Source: Pseudomonadota bacterium
GTDB taxonomy: Archaea > Thermoplasmatota > SW-10-69-26 > JACQPN01 > JAJPHT01
Length of the DNA: 64,000 nucleotides
Assembly (NCBI GenBank): GCA_021325135.1
Contig: JAJPHT010000013.1
Span: 64,001 to 128,000, forward strand
Direction: 5' to 3'
Of this stretch, positions 1-8,740 are shown one piece after another (positions within the stretch are counted from its first letter, which is position 1; the number at the start of each line of letters is the position of its first letter). A program made the position numbers and the translations under genes. The notes beneath the pieces were generated by a model. The model ran no database searches and had not been told where the DNA came from. It worked only from the letters and a program-made list of their open reading frames with translations.

Positions 1-460
1 CCTCTTCGAGCTGATCCTCGCCGCCTACCTCGCCAGCGTGGGCGCCACGACCTACGCCCTCGTGGGGGCCGGGCTCGTCGCCGCGCTGGGGCTTGCCCTC
101 TGGCGCGCGTGGCGCGGCGAGCCGCTCCCCTCGTGGCTCCTCGGCGCCGTCGCCCTCCTCACCCTCGTCCGCGCCGTGCTCCAGTCCACCGGCGGGCTGA
201 CGCTCCTCCACGTCGCGGTCTACGCCGTGCCCTTGGGGTGGGCCCTCGCCGCCACGGGCCGCGCCCGCCTCGTGGCCTACGGCGTGCTCCTCGTCGCCCT
301 GGCGCGGACGTGGTTCGTCGGCCAGTACCTCCTCGGGGGCGCCACCACCATCGCCCTCGCCAACGTCTTCGGCGCGGCGGGCGCGTGGCTCTGGTGGTCC
401 TCCTTCCTCCGCGACGACTCGGCCGCGGCCGAAGCGCCCACGGAGGCCCGGCCCGGGTAG
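1..460 (+). CDS. Hypothetical multi-pass membrane protein (5' end off-window)
   Basis: Frame open from the left edge, several hydrophobic segments, high GC3 codon usage. Confidence 0.7.
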   Translation, partial: LFELILAAYLASVGATTYALVGAGLVAALGLALWRAWRGEPLPSWLLGAVALLTLVRAVLQSTGGLTLLHVAVYAVPLGWALAATGRARLVAYGVLLVALARTWFVGQYLLGGATTIALANVFGAAGAWLWWSSFLRDDSAAAEAPTEARPG

Positions 461-461
461 G

Positions 462-1043
462 TCAGGCGCGCGACAGGATCCAGTCCGCGGCCTCGGGCAG
501 CGCGCGGCACACGTGGTCCGCCCGGGCGTTCGCGCCCTGGATCGCCGTGCGCAGCCGCGGGTCCACCAGCACCGTGCGGCACCCGGCGGCGCGCCCCGCC
601 AGCACGTCCTTCGCGTTGTCGCCCACCATGTACGAGGCCGCCAGGTCCACGCCCAGGTCCCGCGCCGCCTGGAGCAGCATGGCGGGGCGGGGCTTCGCCG
701 TCTCGGGCGTGAGCGCCGCGTACACGCCCTCGACCTTGGCGCCCGCGTCCTCCAGCGCGGCGACGACGCGGCGCATCACCTCGTCGTGGTCCGCCCGCGC
801 GATGTAGCCCCGGCTCACCCACTCCTGGTTGGTCACGATGGCCAGCGCGAAGCCGGCCTTGGAGAGGCGAGCGGCGGCCTCGGGCGCCTCCGGGAGGAGG
901 ACGAGCTGCGAAGGCTTGCGCACCAGGGCGAGGCGCCTGCGGTTGAGGACCCCGTCCCGATCGAGGAAAACGGCACGGCGCCGTTTTCCGAGATTCGACG
1001 AACCCGCAGGTTCGTCGTGATCAAGGAAAACGGCGCGGCGCAT
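462..1043 (-). CDS. HAD-IIIA family phosphatase (GmhB/histidinol-phosphatase-like) with duplicated N-terminus
   Basis: AVFLDRDGVLN motif I, IVTNQ motif II, KPRPAML, YMVGD..KD motif IV. Confidence 0.9.
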   Translation of the reverse strand: MRRAVFLDHDEPAGSSNLGKRRRAVFLDRDGVLNRRRLALVRKPSQLVLLPEAPEAAARLSKAGFALAIVTNQEWVSRGYIARADHDEVMRRVVAALEDAGAKVEGVYAALTPETAKPRPAMLLQAARDLGVDLAASYMVGDNAKDVLAGRAAGCRTVLVDPRLRTAIQGANARADHVCRALPEAADWILSRA

Positions 1044-1049
1044 GGGCCC

Positions 1050-1940
1050 TCAGAACTGGCGGCGGATGGTGGGCTCGCGCGGGCGCACCACGGCGCGCAG
1101 GCCGCGCTGCCGCAGGTAGTAGCCATACGCGAGGCCCACCGCGAGGCCGGTGAGGTGCGCGAAGCCGCCCACGCTGCTGTCCGACCCGACGTGGAAGACG
1201 ACGTCGATGAGGACGTAGAGGATGGTGAGCGCCCAGAGCGGCGTGGGGATGACGAAGAAGAAGAGGACCGTGAGCGTGGGCGCGAGGACGACCAGCGTGC
1301 CCGTGATGCCCATGAGCGCGCCGCTGGCCCCCAGCGCGCCGCAGCCGTAGGGGCCGCCGCACGAGTACAACGCGTTGGAGATGAGGGCCTGCGCGATGCC
1401 GGCGACGACCCCCGACGCGAGGAAGATGAACGTGAACCGGCGCGTGCCCAGGAGGCGCTCGACGGAGCCTCCGAAGAAGAACAGCGCGAGGCCGTTGAAG
1501 ATGATGTGGTTGGGGTCGACGGGCGAGTGCGCGAAGATGCTCGTCACCACGGTCCACGGGTGGGAGAGCCAGGTGCGGTCGATGACGAACGTCGTCTGGA
1601 ACGCGTCATAGCCCGCGGTGAAGCGGACCACGAACTCCAGGATGAACGTCACGACGATGATGCCCAGGAAGACGTAGGTCATCTTCCCGTCCACCTTGCT
1701 CCAGAAGGCGTCAAGGCTCGCGCGGGCCCGCGCGGGGCGCGGCGTCTGGACGCTGCGCACCAGGGGATCGCTCTGGAACACGCGGCCCTGCTCGCGCGCC
1801 TTCTCGCGGTAGGCCCCGAGGCCCGCGCACGAGTGGTTCTCGGGGAGCCGGTGCGCCGCGCAGTAGCGGCCCTTGCAGAACTTGCACACGTACGGCATGT
1901 ACTCCTCCACGCCGCACTGGTCGCACCGGCCGTTGGCCAT
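1050..1940 (-). CDS. Rhomboid intramembrane serine protease with N-terminal AN1-type zinc finger
   Basis: CDQC..CKFCKGRYCAAHRLPENHSC zinc finger; HIIFN, GASG catalytic Ser, AHLTG catalytic His. Confidence 0.92.
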   Translation of the reverse strand: MANGRCDQCGVEEYMPYVCKFCKGRYCAAHRLPENHSCAGLGAYREKAREQGRVFQSDPLVRSVQTPRPARARASLDAFWSKVDGKMTYVFLGIIVVTFILEFVVRFTAGYDAFQTTFVIDRTWLSHPWTVVTSIFAHSPVDPNHIIFNGLALFFFGGSVERLLGTRRFTFIFLASGVVAGIAQALISNALYSCGGPYGCGALGASGALMGITGTLVVLAPTLTVLFFFVIPTPLWALTILYVLIDVVFHVGSDSSVGGFAHLTGLAVGLAYGYYLRQRGLRAVVRPREPTIRRQF

Positions 1941-2013
1941 TGGCCTGAGCGAGTTCCCGTTCGCCCATCAACGTTTCGGGTCCGTTGAAGCGGCGAGGCT
2001 CCCTCTGCCGGGC

Positions 2014-2673
2014 GTGGCCCGCGCGCTCCCCACGTCGTTCTTCGCCCGGGACGCGGACCTCGTGGCCCGCGACCTCCTCGGCCGAGTCCTCGTCCACGAG
2101 ACGGCGCACGGCCGGCTGGCGGGACGCGTCGTCGAGACGGAGGCCTACTTCGGCCCCCCCGGGCGCAACCCGCAGCTCGCGCAGCGCGCCGACATGCCCG
2201 CGCGGCTGCGCGCGCGCCTGCTGCGCGAGGGCGATCCGGCCGCGCACTCCTTCGTGGGCGTGACCGAGCGCAACCGCGTGATGTACGGGCCGCCGGCGCG
2301 CGCCTACGTGTATCTCATCTACGGCGTGCACGAGTGCCTGAACGTCACGACGGGGCCCTCCGACGAGCCGCAGGCGGTCCTCCTGCGCGCGCTGGAGCCC
2401 ACGGAGGGCGTCCCCGAGATGGCGCGCCGCCGCGGGCGCTCCTCGCTGCGCGACCTGTGCAGCGGGCCCGGGAAGCTCTGCAAGGCGCTTGGCGTCACGC
2501 GCGCGCAATATGGCCACGACATGACGGAGCCGCCCCTGTGGTTCGAGGCGGGCGAGCCCGCGGCGCGCGTCGAGGCCACGCCGCGCGTGGGCGTCGTGGG
2601 GGCCGAGGACCTCCCCCTCCGCTTCGTGGAGAAGGGCAGCCCCTTCGCTTCGAGGCGCGCTCCACAACGATGA
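2014..2673 (+). CDS. mpg: DNA-3-methyladenine glycosylase (MPG/AAG family)
   Basis: GRVVETEAY, DPAAHS, YVYLIYGVHECLNV, AVLLRALEP, GPGKLCKAL motifs; GTG start inferred. Confidence 0.92.
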   Translation: MARALPTSFFARDADLVARDLLGRVLVHETAHGRLAGRVVETEAYFGPPGRNPQLAQRADMPARLRARLLREGDPAAHSFVGVTERNRVMYGPPARAYVYLIYGVHECLNVTTGPSDEPQAVLLRALEPTEGVPEMARRRGRSSLRDLCSGPGKLCKALGVTRAQYGHDMTEPPLWFEAGEPAARVEATPRVGVVGAEDLPLRFVEKGSPFASRRAPQR

Positions 2674-2698
2674 GACGCGCCCCGGCGGATGGGCCAGC

Positions 2699-3172
2699 GT
2701 GCGCGCGATCGCGCTCCTTCTGCTGCTGCTCCTGCCCGCCGCCCAGGCCGCCGAGGTCCGCCTCGTCTCGGGCGCCTACCAGCCCGGCGTCGTCCACGCC
2801 CGGGTGGGCGAGACGGTGACGTTCGCCAACGGCGACGACATGCCGCACACCGTGACCAGCGCGTGGGACGACGGCAAGTCCTTCTCGCGCGTGCTCCAGC
2901 CGGGCCAGTCGGTCGCGGTGGTGTTCCAGCAGCCGGGGGTCTACGTCGTGCGCTGCGTGCCGCACTCGACGAAGAGCGGCGAGGGCTACCAGGGCATGGT
3001 GGCCACGGTGGAGGTCGCGCCCGCGGCGTCGTTCCCCTGGAGCGCGGGCTGGCTCGCCCTCCTCTACGCGGGGCTCGCCCTCAGCCTGGGCGTCGTCGTC
3101 GCGTGGCGAGGGCGACGACGGCGGCCGCGGCCAGGAGCCACGCCGCCGGAGGCGCCGGCGTCCGAGCGTTGA
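2699..3172 (+). CDS. Membrane-anchored cupredoxin (plastocyanin/halocyanin-like)
   Basis: Signal peptide, GETVTF, PHTVT His ligand, CVPH...GM ligands, C-terminal TM followed by Arg run. Confidence 0.85.
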   Translation: MRAIALLLLLLLPAAQAAEVRLVSGAYQPGVVHARVGETVTFANGDDMPHTVTSAWDDGKSFSRVLQPGQSVAVVFQQPGVYVVRCVPHSTKSGEGYQGMVATVEVAPAASFPWSAGWLALLYAGLALSLGVVVAWRGRRRRPRPGATPPEAPASER

Positions 3173-5528
3173 CCTCGGCGCCCGCTCCGGGCTGCACCGA
3201 CGGGTCCGGCGCGCGCGACACGATGATGGGCGTGCCCGCCGTGGGGGTCGCCCCCGTCGGGCCCGTGGGCCCGGGAGCCTCCTCCGAGGGGGCGCCGCCG
3301 GCTCCGCCGATGCGGAACGCGGTCACGCCGCCCTTGCCGCTCCAGAGGTCGGGGCCCACGTCGGGCACGAGGAACGTGTCGCCCGACACGCTGATGCCCC
3401 CTTCCACCGCGCCGCCCGCGCTGAGGTTCGCCAGCACCGCGCCGGACGCGGCGTCCAGGAGGAAGACGCGCCCCTGGCTCGTGCCCTGGAGCACCACGCC
3501 ATGGGTCGCGGTCGCGGGCCCGAACATGCGGTCGCCGTACTGCTGCGGGAAGGGGCCCAATTCGCGGCTCCAGAGCGTGCGCCCCGTCGCGGCGTCGAAG
3601 GCGTGGACCATGCTGCGCGCCGTGGTGGGCGCGTAGATCGCGCCGCCCGAGACGGCCGCGGTGCCCAGGAAGCCCTCGACCTGCGCGGGCGTGGCGCCCG
3701 GCTCGCGGAAGTCCGCGCTGGCGCTCCAGACGAGGGCGCCCGTCGCGCGGTCCAGCGCGTAGTAGACGCCCCCCTTGTCGCCCTCGCCCACGAGCTTGCG
3801 GCCGTTGGCCTCGAAGAGGTTGGGCGAGGCGCCCAGGTCGCGGTCGGGGCCCGGCGAGCCGCGGCCGTTGAACGTGTCGTTGGGCGTCGCCTGGCGGCTC
3901 CACGCGATGGAGCCGTCGTCCATGCGCAGCGCGATCATCGCGTCGCTCAAGCTCCCCGCGGGCGCCGCGTAGGCGTTGCCCGTGCCCACGAAGAGGAGGC
4001 CGAGGTCCGGATCGAGGGCGGGCGTGCTCCACACGGAGACGCCCACGCCCCCGTCGGCCGCGGTGTAGGTGCGCCACACCAGCGAGCCGTCCGTCTCGTC
4101 GAAGCACGCCACGCTGCCGCGGAAGTCCTGCTCGCCCTGCCACTCCAGGAGCGTCTGCTCGGAGGCGACGCCCACGTAGACGCGCCCCTGGTAGGGCACG
4201 GGCGAGCCGTAGAGGTGCGTGCCGTCCACGGGGTCCGCGCGCACGCGCCACAGCTCGCGCCCCGTCGCGCGGTCCAGCGCGGCGAGGTTGCCCTTGGCGT
4301 CGCCCACGAGGAGCGTCGCGCCGTCCACCGCGACGGAGGAGTCAATGGGCGCGCCGTGGTCGACGCTCCAGACCTCGCGGCCGTCCGCCAGGGAGACCGC
4401 GTGGACCTTGCCGCCGCCGTCGCCGAAGTACGCGGTGCCGTTGGCGATGGCGGGCGTGCCGGTCACGGCGCCCGCGGCGCGATAGCTCCACGCCCGCGTC
4501 GCGTTGGGCGCGCTCTGGGGCGTGAGCGCGCTCTCCGGCGCGCGGAGGTTCGCGAGGCCGCCGTTGGCCGAGGGCCACGCCGGGCCGGCGGGGACGGCCG
4601 AGAACGCGAGGGAGTCGAGCCAGAGGCTCCGCTTCGCGCCGGGCTCGTCGTTGTAGTAGCACGTCTCGAAGACGTGCGGGCCCGCCAGGGCGCTGACCGT
4701 GACCGGGTGCTGGACCCACGAGTCGTTGACCTCGAAGGTCGTCACCGTGGCGCCGTCCTCGCGCACGACGACCAGCGTGCCCTCCCCGTTCACGGGCGAG
4801 CCCTTCACGAGGGGCGTGATGGTGGCCGCGAGGTCGCCCGTGGCCTGCCACATCTCCACGAAGCAGCCCACACCCCACTCCCACCACGCCTGCCCGCTGG
4901 GCGCCGTGGGGTCGTCCTCCATCTGGCCCGCGCGCGCGGCGTGCACCTGCGACGCGGGCACGGTGAAGCCGCTCCCGGGCGCGAGGAAGGGCACGGCCTG
5001 GAGCGTGGGCGTCTCGATGACGAGGCGGTCGAGCACGATCTCGCGCTCCGCCGCGGGCCCCTTGCCCAGGTCGCCGCTGTTGTCGTAGTTCTCCAGGCGC
5101 ACCGAGTGGCGGCCCGGAAAGAGCGCGACCGTCTGCACGTAGGGGCCCCAGCCGCCGCGCACGTCCCACTCGCCGCGCTGCTCGCCGTCCACGTAGAGGT
5201 GCAGGTGCGGGTTGATGGTGCCCTCCGGGTGCGAGCCCGTCGCGTAGATGCGGAACCACACGATGCCGGGCGCGTCGGTGGAGATCGCGTCCTGGATGGA
5301 GCCGTAGGTGTCCAGCTCCCACCCCTCGCCGCCCGACGCCGTGCCGTTGAGGGCGAGGAAGCCCGAGCCGCGGTCGGCGAAGTCCTCGGCCTCGATGGCC
5401 TCCAGGTCCGGCTGGTGCGGCACGGTGGAGCCCCCCAGCGAGGTGGCGGGCCGCCCGGAGGCGTGCGTGCCTGCGGCGATGGGGCAGGCGAGCGCGAGCG
5501 CGAACGCCAAGGCAAGCTGACGGTTCAT
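3081..5528 (-). CDS. Secreted PQQ-type beta-propeller protein (polyvinyl-alcohol-dehydrogenase-like) with two N-terminal CBM-like domains and a C-terminal sorting/TM tail
   Basis: Signal peptide at MNRQLAL; repeated ALD.ATG..LW propeller motifs; VWSTPALD, D.DLGASPNL; EAED-type beta-sandwich domains. Confidence 0.85.
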   Translation of the reverse strand: MNRQLALAFALALACPIAAGTHASGRPATSLGGSTVPHQPDLEAIEAEDFADRGSGFLALNGTASGGEGWELDTYGSIQDAISTDAPGIVWFRIYATGSHPEGTINPHLHLYVDGEQRGEWDVRGGWGPYVQTVALFPGRHSVRLENYDNSGDLGKGPAAEREIVLDRLVIETPTLQAVPFLAPGSGFTVPASQVHAARAGQMEDDPTAPSGQAWWEWGVGCFVEMWQATGDLAATITPLVKGSPVNGEGTLVVVREDGATVTTFEVNDSWVQHPVTVSALAGPHVFETCYYNDEPGAKRSLWLDSLAFSAVPAGPAWPSANGGLANLRAPESALTPQSAPNATRAWSYRAAGAVTGTPAIANGTAYFGDGGGKVHAVSLADGREVWSVDHGAPIDSSVAVDGATLLVGDAKGNLAALDRATGRELWRVRADPVDGTHLYGSPVPYQGRVYVGVASEQTLLEWQGEQDFRGSVACFDETDGSLVWRTYTAADGGVGVSVWSTPALDPDLGLLFVGTGNAYAAPAGSLSDAMIALRMDDGSIAWSRQATPNDTFNGRGSPGPDRDLGASPNLFEANGRKLVGEGDKGGVYYALDRATGALVWSASADFREPGATPAQVEGFLGTAAVSGGAIYAPTTARSMVHAFDAATGRTLWSRELGPFPQQYGDRMFGPATATHGVVLQGTSQGRVFLLDAASGAVLANLSAGGAVEGGISVSGDTFLVPDVGPDLWSGKGGVTAFRIGGAGGAPSEEAPGPTGPTGATPTAGTPIIVSRAPDPSVQPGAGAEVNARTPAPPAAWLLAAAAVVALATRRRRPG

Positions 5529-5613
5529 CCGGAGCCTGCGTCCTCGGCGGGTGGATCGGCCTTCTGCGACGAACCCCGGCAGGATGAAGCGGGCCTCCGG
5601 CGCTCGCCCCGCC

Positions 5614-6105
5614 GTGAACCCCGAGTTCCTCAGCGGCGAGGCAAGCGCCTCCCCCGCCGTCGAGCCGATGCTGGCCGGCGCGCGCCGCCTGGCGGAGGCC
5701 GGCCACGGCGCGGGCCTCCTCTCCGCGCGCAACGGCCTGCGCACGACGACGCACGCCAACGTGCCCTTCGGCTCCCTCGCCGCAGGCGACTTCGTGGAGG
5801 TCGCCGACTACGACCCGCACCTGGACCGCCTCCTGGTCATCGGCAAGCGCGAGCCGCACTCCTTCGCGGGGATGCACGCGCTCATGCTCCGCGCCAAGCG
5901 CGAGGTGGGCGCCATCGCCATGGCGGAGGGCAAGCCCAGGGAGGGGATCCGCGCGGTGAGCCGCGGCCGCACGATGCTGGAGAGCGCGCTCGCGGCGCTG
6001 GAGGGGCTGCGCGGCCGCGACGCCGTGGCCATGGCGCCCTACGTCCTCGCCGTGGGCCGCACCCCCGAGGAGGCGCTGGCCCGCCTGGAGGCGAGCCTCG
6101 CGTGA
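5614..6105 (+). CDS. Class II aldolase/adducin-fold-like protein (degenerate)
   Basis: LSAR, DFVEV, MHALMLRAKREVGAI, LAVGRTPEEA resemble class II aldolases; start could be 5584. Confidence 0.6.
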   Translation: MNPEFLSGEASASPAVEPMLAGARRLAEAGHGAGLLSARNGLRTTTHANVPFGSLAAGDFVEVADYDPHLDRLLVIGKREPHSFAGMHALMLRAKREVGAIAMAEGKPREGIRAVSRGRTMLESALAALEGLRGRDAVAMAPYVLAVGRTPEEALARLEASLA

Positions 6106-6410
6106 CCAGCGTCGCGGGCTTCCAGCGCCACGTCGCGGACCTCTACCTGGCGAAGGACCGCCGCCGCGGGACCACCGGGACCATGCTCTGGATGGTGGAG
6201 GAGGTGGGCGAGCTGGCCGAGGCTGTGAGGCGCGGCGAGCGCGCGGGGCTGGAGGAGGAGATGGCGGACGTGCTGGCGTGGCTCGCCTCGCTGGCGAACC
6301 TTCTTGACGTCGACCTGGAGAAGGCGATCGCCGCGAAGTACCCCGCCCAGTGCCGCCGCTGCGGGAAGAAACCGTGCGCGTGCCCAGAGCCGGCGGCGGA
6401 GCCGCTCTGA
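6102..6410 (+). CDS. MazG-like NTP pyrophosphohydrolase
   Basis: EEVGELAEAV...EEEMADV motif, C-terminal CRRC..PCAC; GTGA overlap with the upstream stop. Confidence 0.9.
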   Translation: MTSVAGFQRHVADLYLAKDRRRGTTGTMLWMVEEVGELAEAVRRGERAGLEEEMADVLAWLASLANLLDVDLEKAIAAKYPAQCRRCGKKPCACPEPAAEPL

Positions 6411-6411
6411 C

Positions 6412-7233
6412 CTACGCGCGCACCACGCGGAACGCGTTTCCGCTGGGGTCGCGCGCGAGAGAGTCCTCCGCGTCAAGGCCCAGCCGCTCGCGAAGCTCCT
6501 CCGCGGCCGCCTTGTCGGGGACCTCCAGCGTGTAGCTGCGCAGGCCCAGCGTGCCCTTGGGGGCCGCGGGCGCGCCGATGCCCTCCCACGCGTTGACGGC
6601 AAGATGGTGGTGATAGCCCCCGGCGCTGAGGAAGGAGGCCATGGGGATCGCGGCCGTGATATCGAAGCCCACCGCGTCGCGGTAGAACTCCTGGGCCTCC
6701 TCGACGTCGCCCACGTTGAGGTGGACGTGGCCCACGGTGGAGCCCTCGGGCATCCGGCTCCAGCGCGAGCCGCCCGCCGCGGCGACGACGGACTCGACGT
6801 CCATGGGGAGGGTGGCCATGTGGAGGCGCGCGTTCTCCCAGCGCCACTGCTCGCGCGGGCGGTCGGCGTACACCTCGATGCCGTGCCCGTCGGGGTCGCC
6901 CAGGTAGATGGCCTCGCTCACGAGGTGGTCCGAGGCGCCCTGGACCGGCGTCCGCTGCTCGGCGATGCGTCGGACGAAGCGCCCCAGGTCCGCGCGCGTC
7001 GGGAGGAGGTACGCGACGTGGTAGAGGCCGCTCACGTGGCGCGGGCGCGGCTTGGCATCGCGCTCCTCCACGAGGCGCACCAGGGGGCGCTCCCCGCCCA
7101 GGCGCGCCTCGTTGCCCCCCTGCGCGAGGAGCCGGAAGCCCAGCGCCCCCTCGTAGTAGCGGATGGAGCGCTCCAGGTCGTGGACGGCGAGGGTGACCTC
7201 GCCCATGCGGGCGTCGGCGGGGAGCTTCGTCAT
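6412..7233 (-). CDS. VOC family protein (CatE-like glyoxalase/dioxygenase)
   Basis: GLYHVAYLLP, DHLVSEAIYL.DPDGHGIEVY, GHVHLNV, GYHHHLAVN. Confidence 0.9.
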   Translation of the reverse strand: MTKLPADARMGEVTLAVHDLERSIRYYEGALGFRLLAQGGNEARLGGERPLVRLVEERDAKPRPRHVSGLYHVAYLLPTRADLGRFVRRIAEQRTPVQGASDHLVSEAIYLGDPDGHGIEVYADRPREQWRWENARLHMATLPMDVESVVAAAGGSRWSRMPEGSTVGHVHLNVGDVEEAQEFYRDAVGFDITAAIPMASFLSAGGYHHHLAVNAWEGIGAPAAPKGTLGLRSYTLEVPDKAAAEELRERLGLDAEDSLARDPSGNAFRVVRA

Positions 7234-7239
7234 GCGATA

Positions 7240-7797
7240 TCACTTGCTTTGGGCGAGCTGGAGGTGCAGCTCGATCTTGACCTTCTCGCTCACGAGGACG
7301 CCGCCCGTCTCCAGGGCCTGGTTCCAGGTGAGGCCCCACTTGGTGCGGTCGATCTGCGTCGTCGCGACGAGGCCCACCTTGTGGTTGCCCCAGGGGTCCT
7401 TGCCTTCGCCGAGCTTCTCGACCTTGAGCGTCACGGGGTGCGTCTCGCCGCGGATGGTGAGGTCGCCATGCAGCGTGAACTCGTCGGCGCCCTCGGGCTC
7501 CACTAGGGTGCTCCGGAAGGTCCACTCGGGGAAGCGCGCCACGTCGAAGAAGTCGGGGCTGCGCAGGTGGTCGTCGCGCTGCCCCATGCCGGTGTGGATG
7601 GTCGCGGGGTCCAGCACGGCCTCGACGCGCGTGGCGCGCGCGTCGCGCGGGTCGAAGACGACGCGGGCGGACCTGATGCCCACCGTGCCCTTGACGGTGG
7701 CGAACATCATGTGGCGGACGGCGAACTCGGCGCGGGAGTGGGCGAGGTCGAGGTCGTAGGTGGCGGGCTGCTGGACGAGGGCCTGGTTCGAGGACAT
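7240..7797 (-). CDS. YceI family protein
   Basis: LDLAHS.AEFAVRHMM, RDDHLRSPDFFD, GDLTIRG, DPWG, WNQALETGG. Confidence 0.93.
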   Translation of the reverse strand: MSSNQALVQQPATYDLDLAHSRAEFAVRHMMFATVKGTVGIRSARVVFDPRDARATRVEAVLDPATIHTGMGQRDDHLRSPDFFDVARFPEWTFRSTLVEPEGADEFTLHGDLTIRGETHPVTLKVEKLGEGKDPWGNHKVGLVATTQIDRTKWGLTWNQALETGGVLVSEKVKIELHLQLAQSK

Positions 7798-7942
7798 GGT
7801 TGTCTCCAGACACCACTATGCTTTCCGAAGCGATATACTCTCAAGTTCGGAGCATCCCAGCAGATTCCAGGGCCCGAAGCTGCTTCAAGGGTGAGGAGCT
7901 TCAAAAGAAAGAGTCTTAAGGCTCCAAAACCTATAGTGGCTC

Positions 7943-8335
7943 ATGCCCCGCCCCAAGGCCCAGCGCCCGGAGCCCGAAGCGCCGTGCAGCGCCGCCCCCG
8001 GCGGCTGCGAGATCGGCGAGCTGTTCCGCGTGCTCGGGAAGACGCACATGCTGGACATCCTCCACCTCTTCCTCCACGAGGAGGGCCCCAAGCGCTTCGT
8101 CGAGGTGCAGCACCGCCTCGCGCTCTCGCCCAACACGCTCACCGAGCGCCTCAAGGAGCTTCAGGCCGTGGGCCTGCTCTCGCGCACGGCCTACAACGAG
8201 ATCCCGCCGCGCGTGGACTACGAGGCCACGCCCAAGGCCATGGACCTGCACCCCGTCTTCGACGCGCTCCAGCAGTGGGCCGCGCGCAACACGCTCACCG
8301 TGGAGAGCCCACCCGCGGCGGCCGAAGCCGCTTGA
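7943..8335 (+). CDS. HxlR family winged-helix regulator
   Basis: RF.E...LSPNTLTERLKEL...EIPPRVDY; divergent from yceI-catE. Confidence 0.9.
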   Translation: MPRPKAQRPEPEAPCSAAPGGCEIGELFRVLGKTHMLDILHLFLHEEGPKRFVEVQHRLALSPNTLTERLKELQAVGLLSRTAYNEIPPRVDYEATPKAMDLHPVFDALQQWAARNTLTVESPPAAAEAA

Positions 8336-8344
8336 GGCAGCACG

Positions 8345-8740
8345 ATGCCCCGCGCCACGGAGGGCATGGCCATCGCCGGAGGGCTCCAGATCATCCTGGC
8401 GCTCCTCGCCCTCGCGGCGGCGGCGTATGCTTACGTCGACAGCCTGGGCCCTTGCTCCGGGTGGTTCTGCCTGCACGAGGAGGAGCGCGTCTTCTCCCGG
8501 GTCGCCCTCGGCGCGGCCCTTGGCGCGGCGATCCTGGGCGGGCTCCTGCTCTCGGGCCGCGCGCGCTCCTGGGGCGTCGCGGTGAGCGCGGTCCTGGCCG
8601 CCCTGCTGGCGCTCTTGGGGGTCGCGGTGGGCCTGGGGATGGGCTCGCCGTTCATGCTCTTCGCGTTCTTGGGGGCGGCGGCCGTCTTCGGCCTGACGGC
8701 GCATCTGCTCCTCAAGGAGCGGCGCCAAGGCCTCAGTTGA
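8345..8740 (+). CDS. Hypothetical 4-TM membrane protein
   Basis: Hydrophobic segments, small CxxxxC loop. Confidence 0.65.
   Translation: MPRATEGMAIAGGLQIILALLALAAAAYAYVDSLGPCSGWFCLHEEERVFSRVALGAALGAAILGGLLLSGRARSWGVAVSAVLAALLALLGVAVGLGMGSPFMLFAFLGAAAVFGLTAHLLLKERRQGLS

Noticed and set aside
3501-6101. 969-aa plus-strand ORF and similar very long Arg/Gly/Ala-rich ORFs throughout
   Set aside because: Shadow ORFs typical of high-GC DNA; only the last 102 aa (MazG) are real
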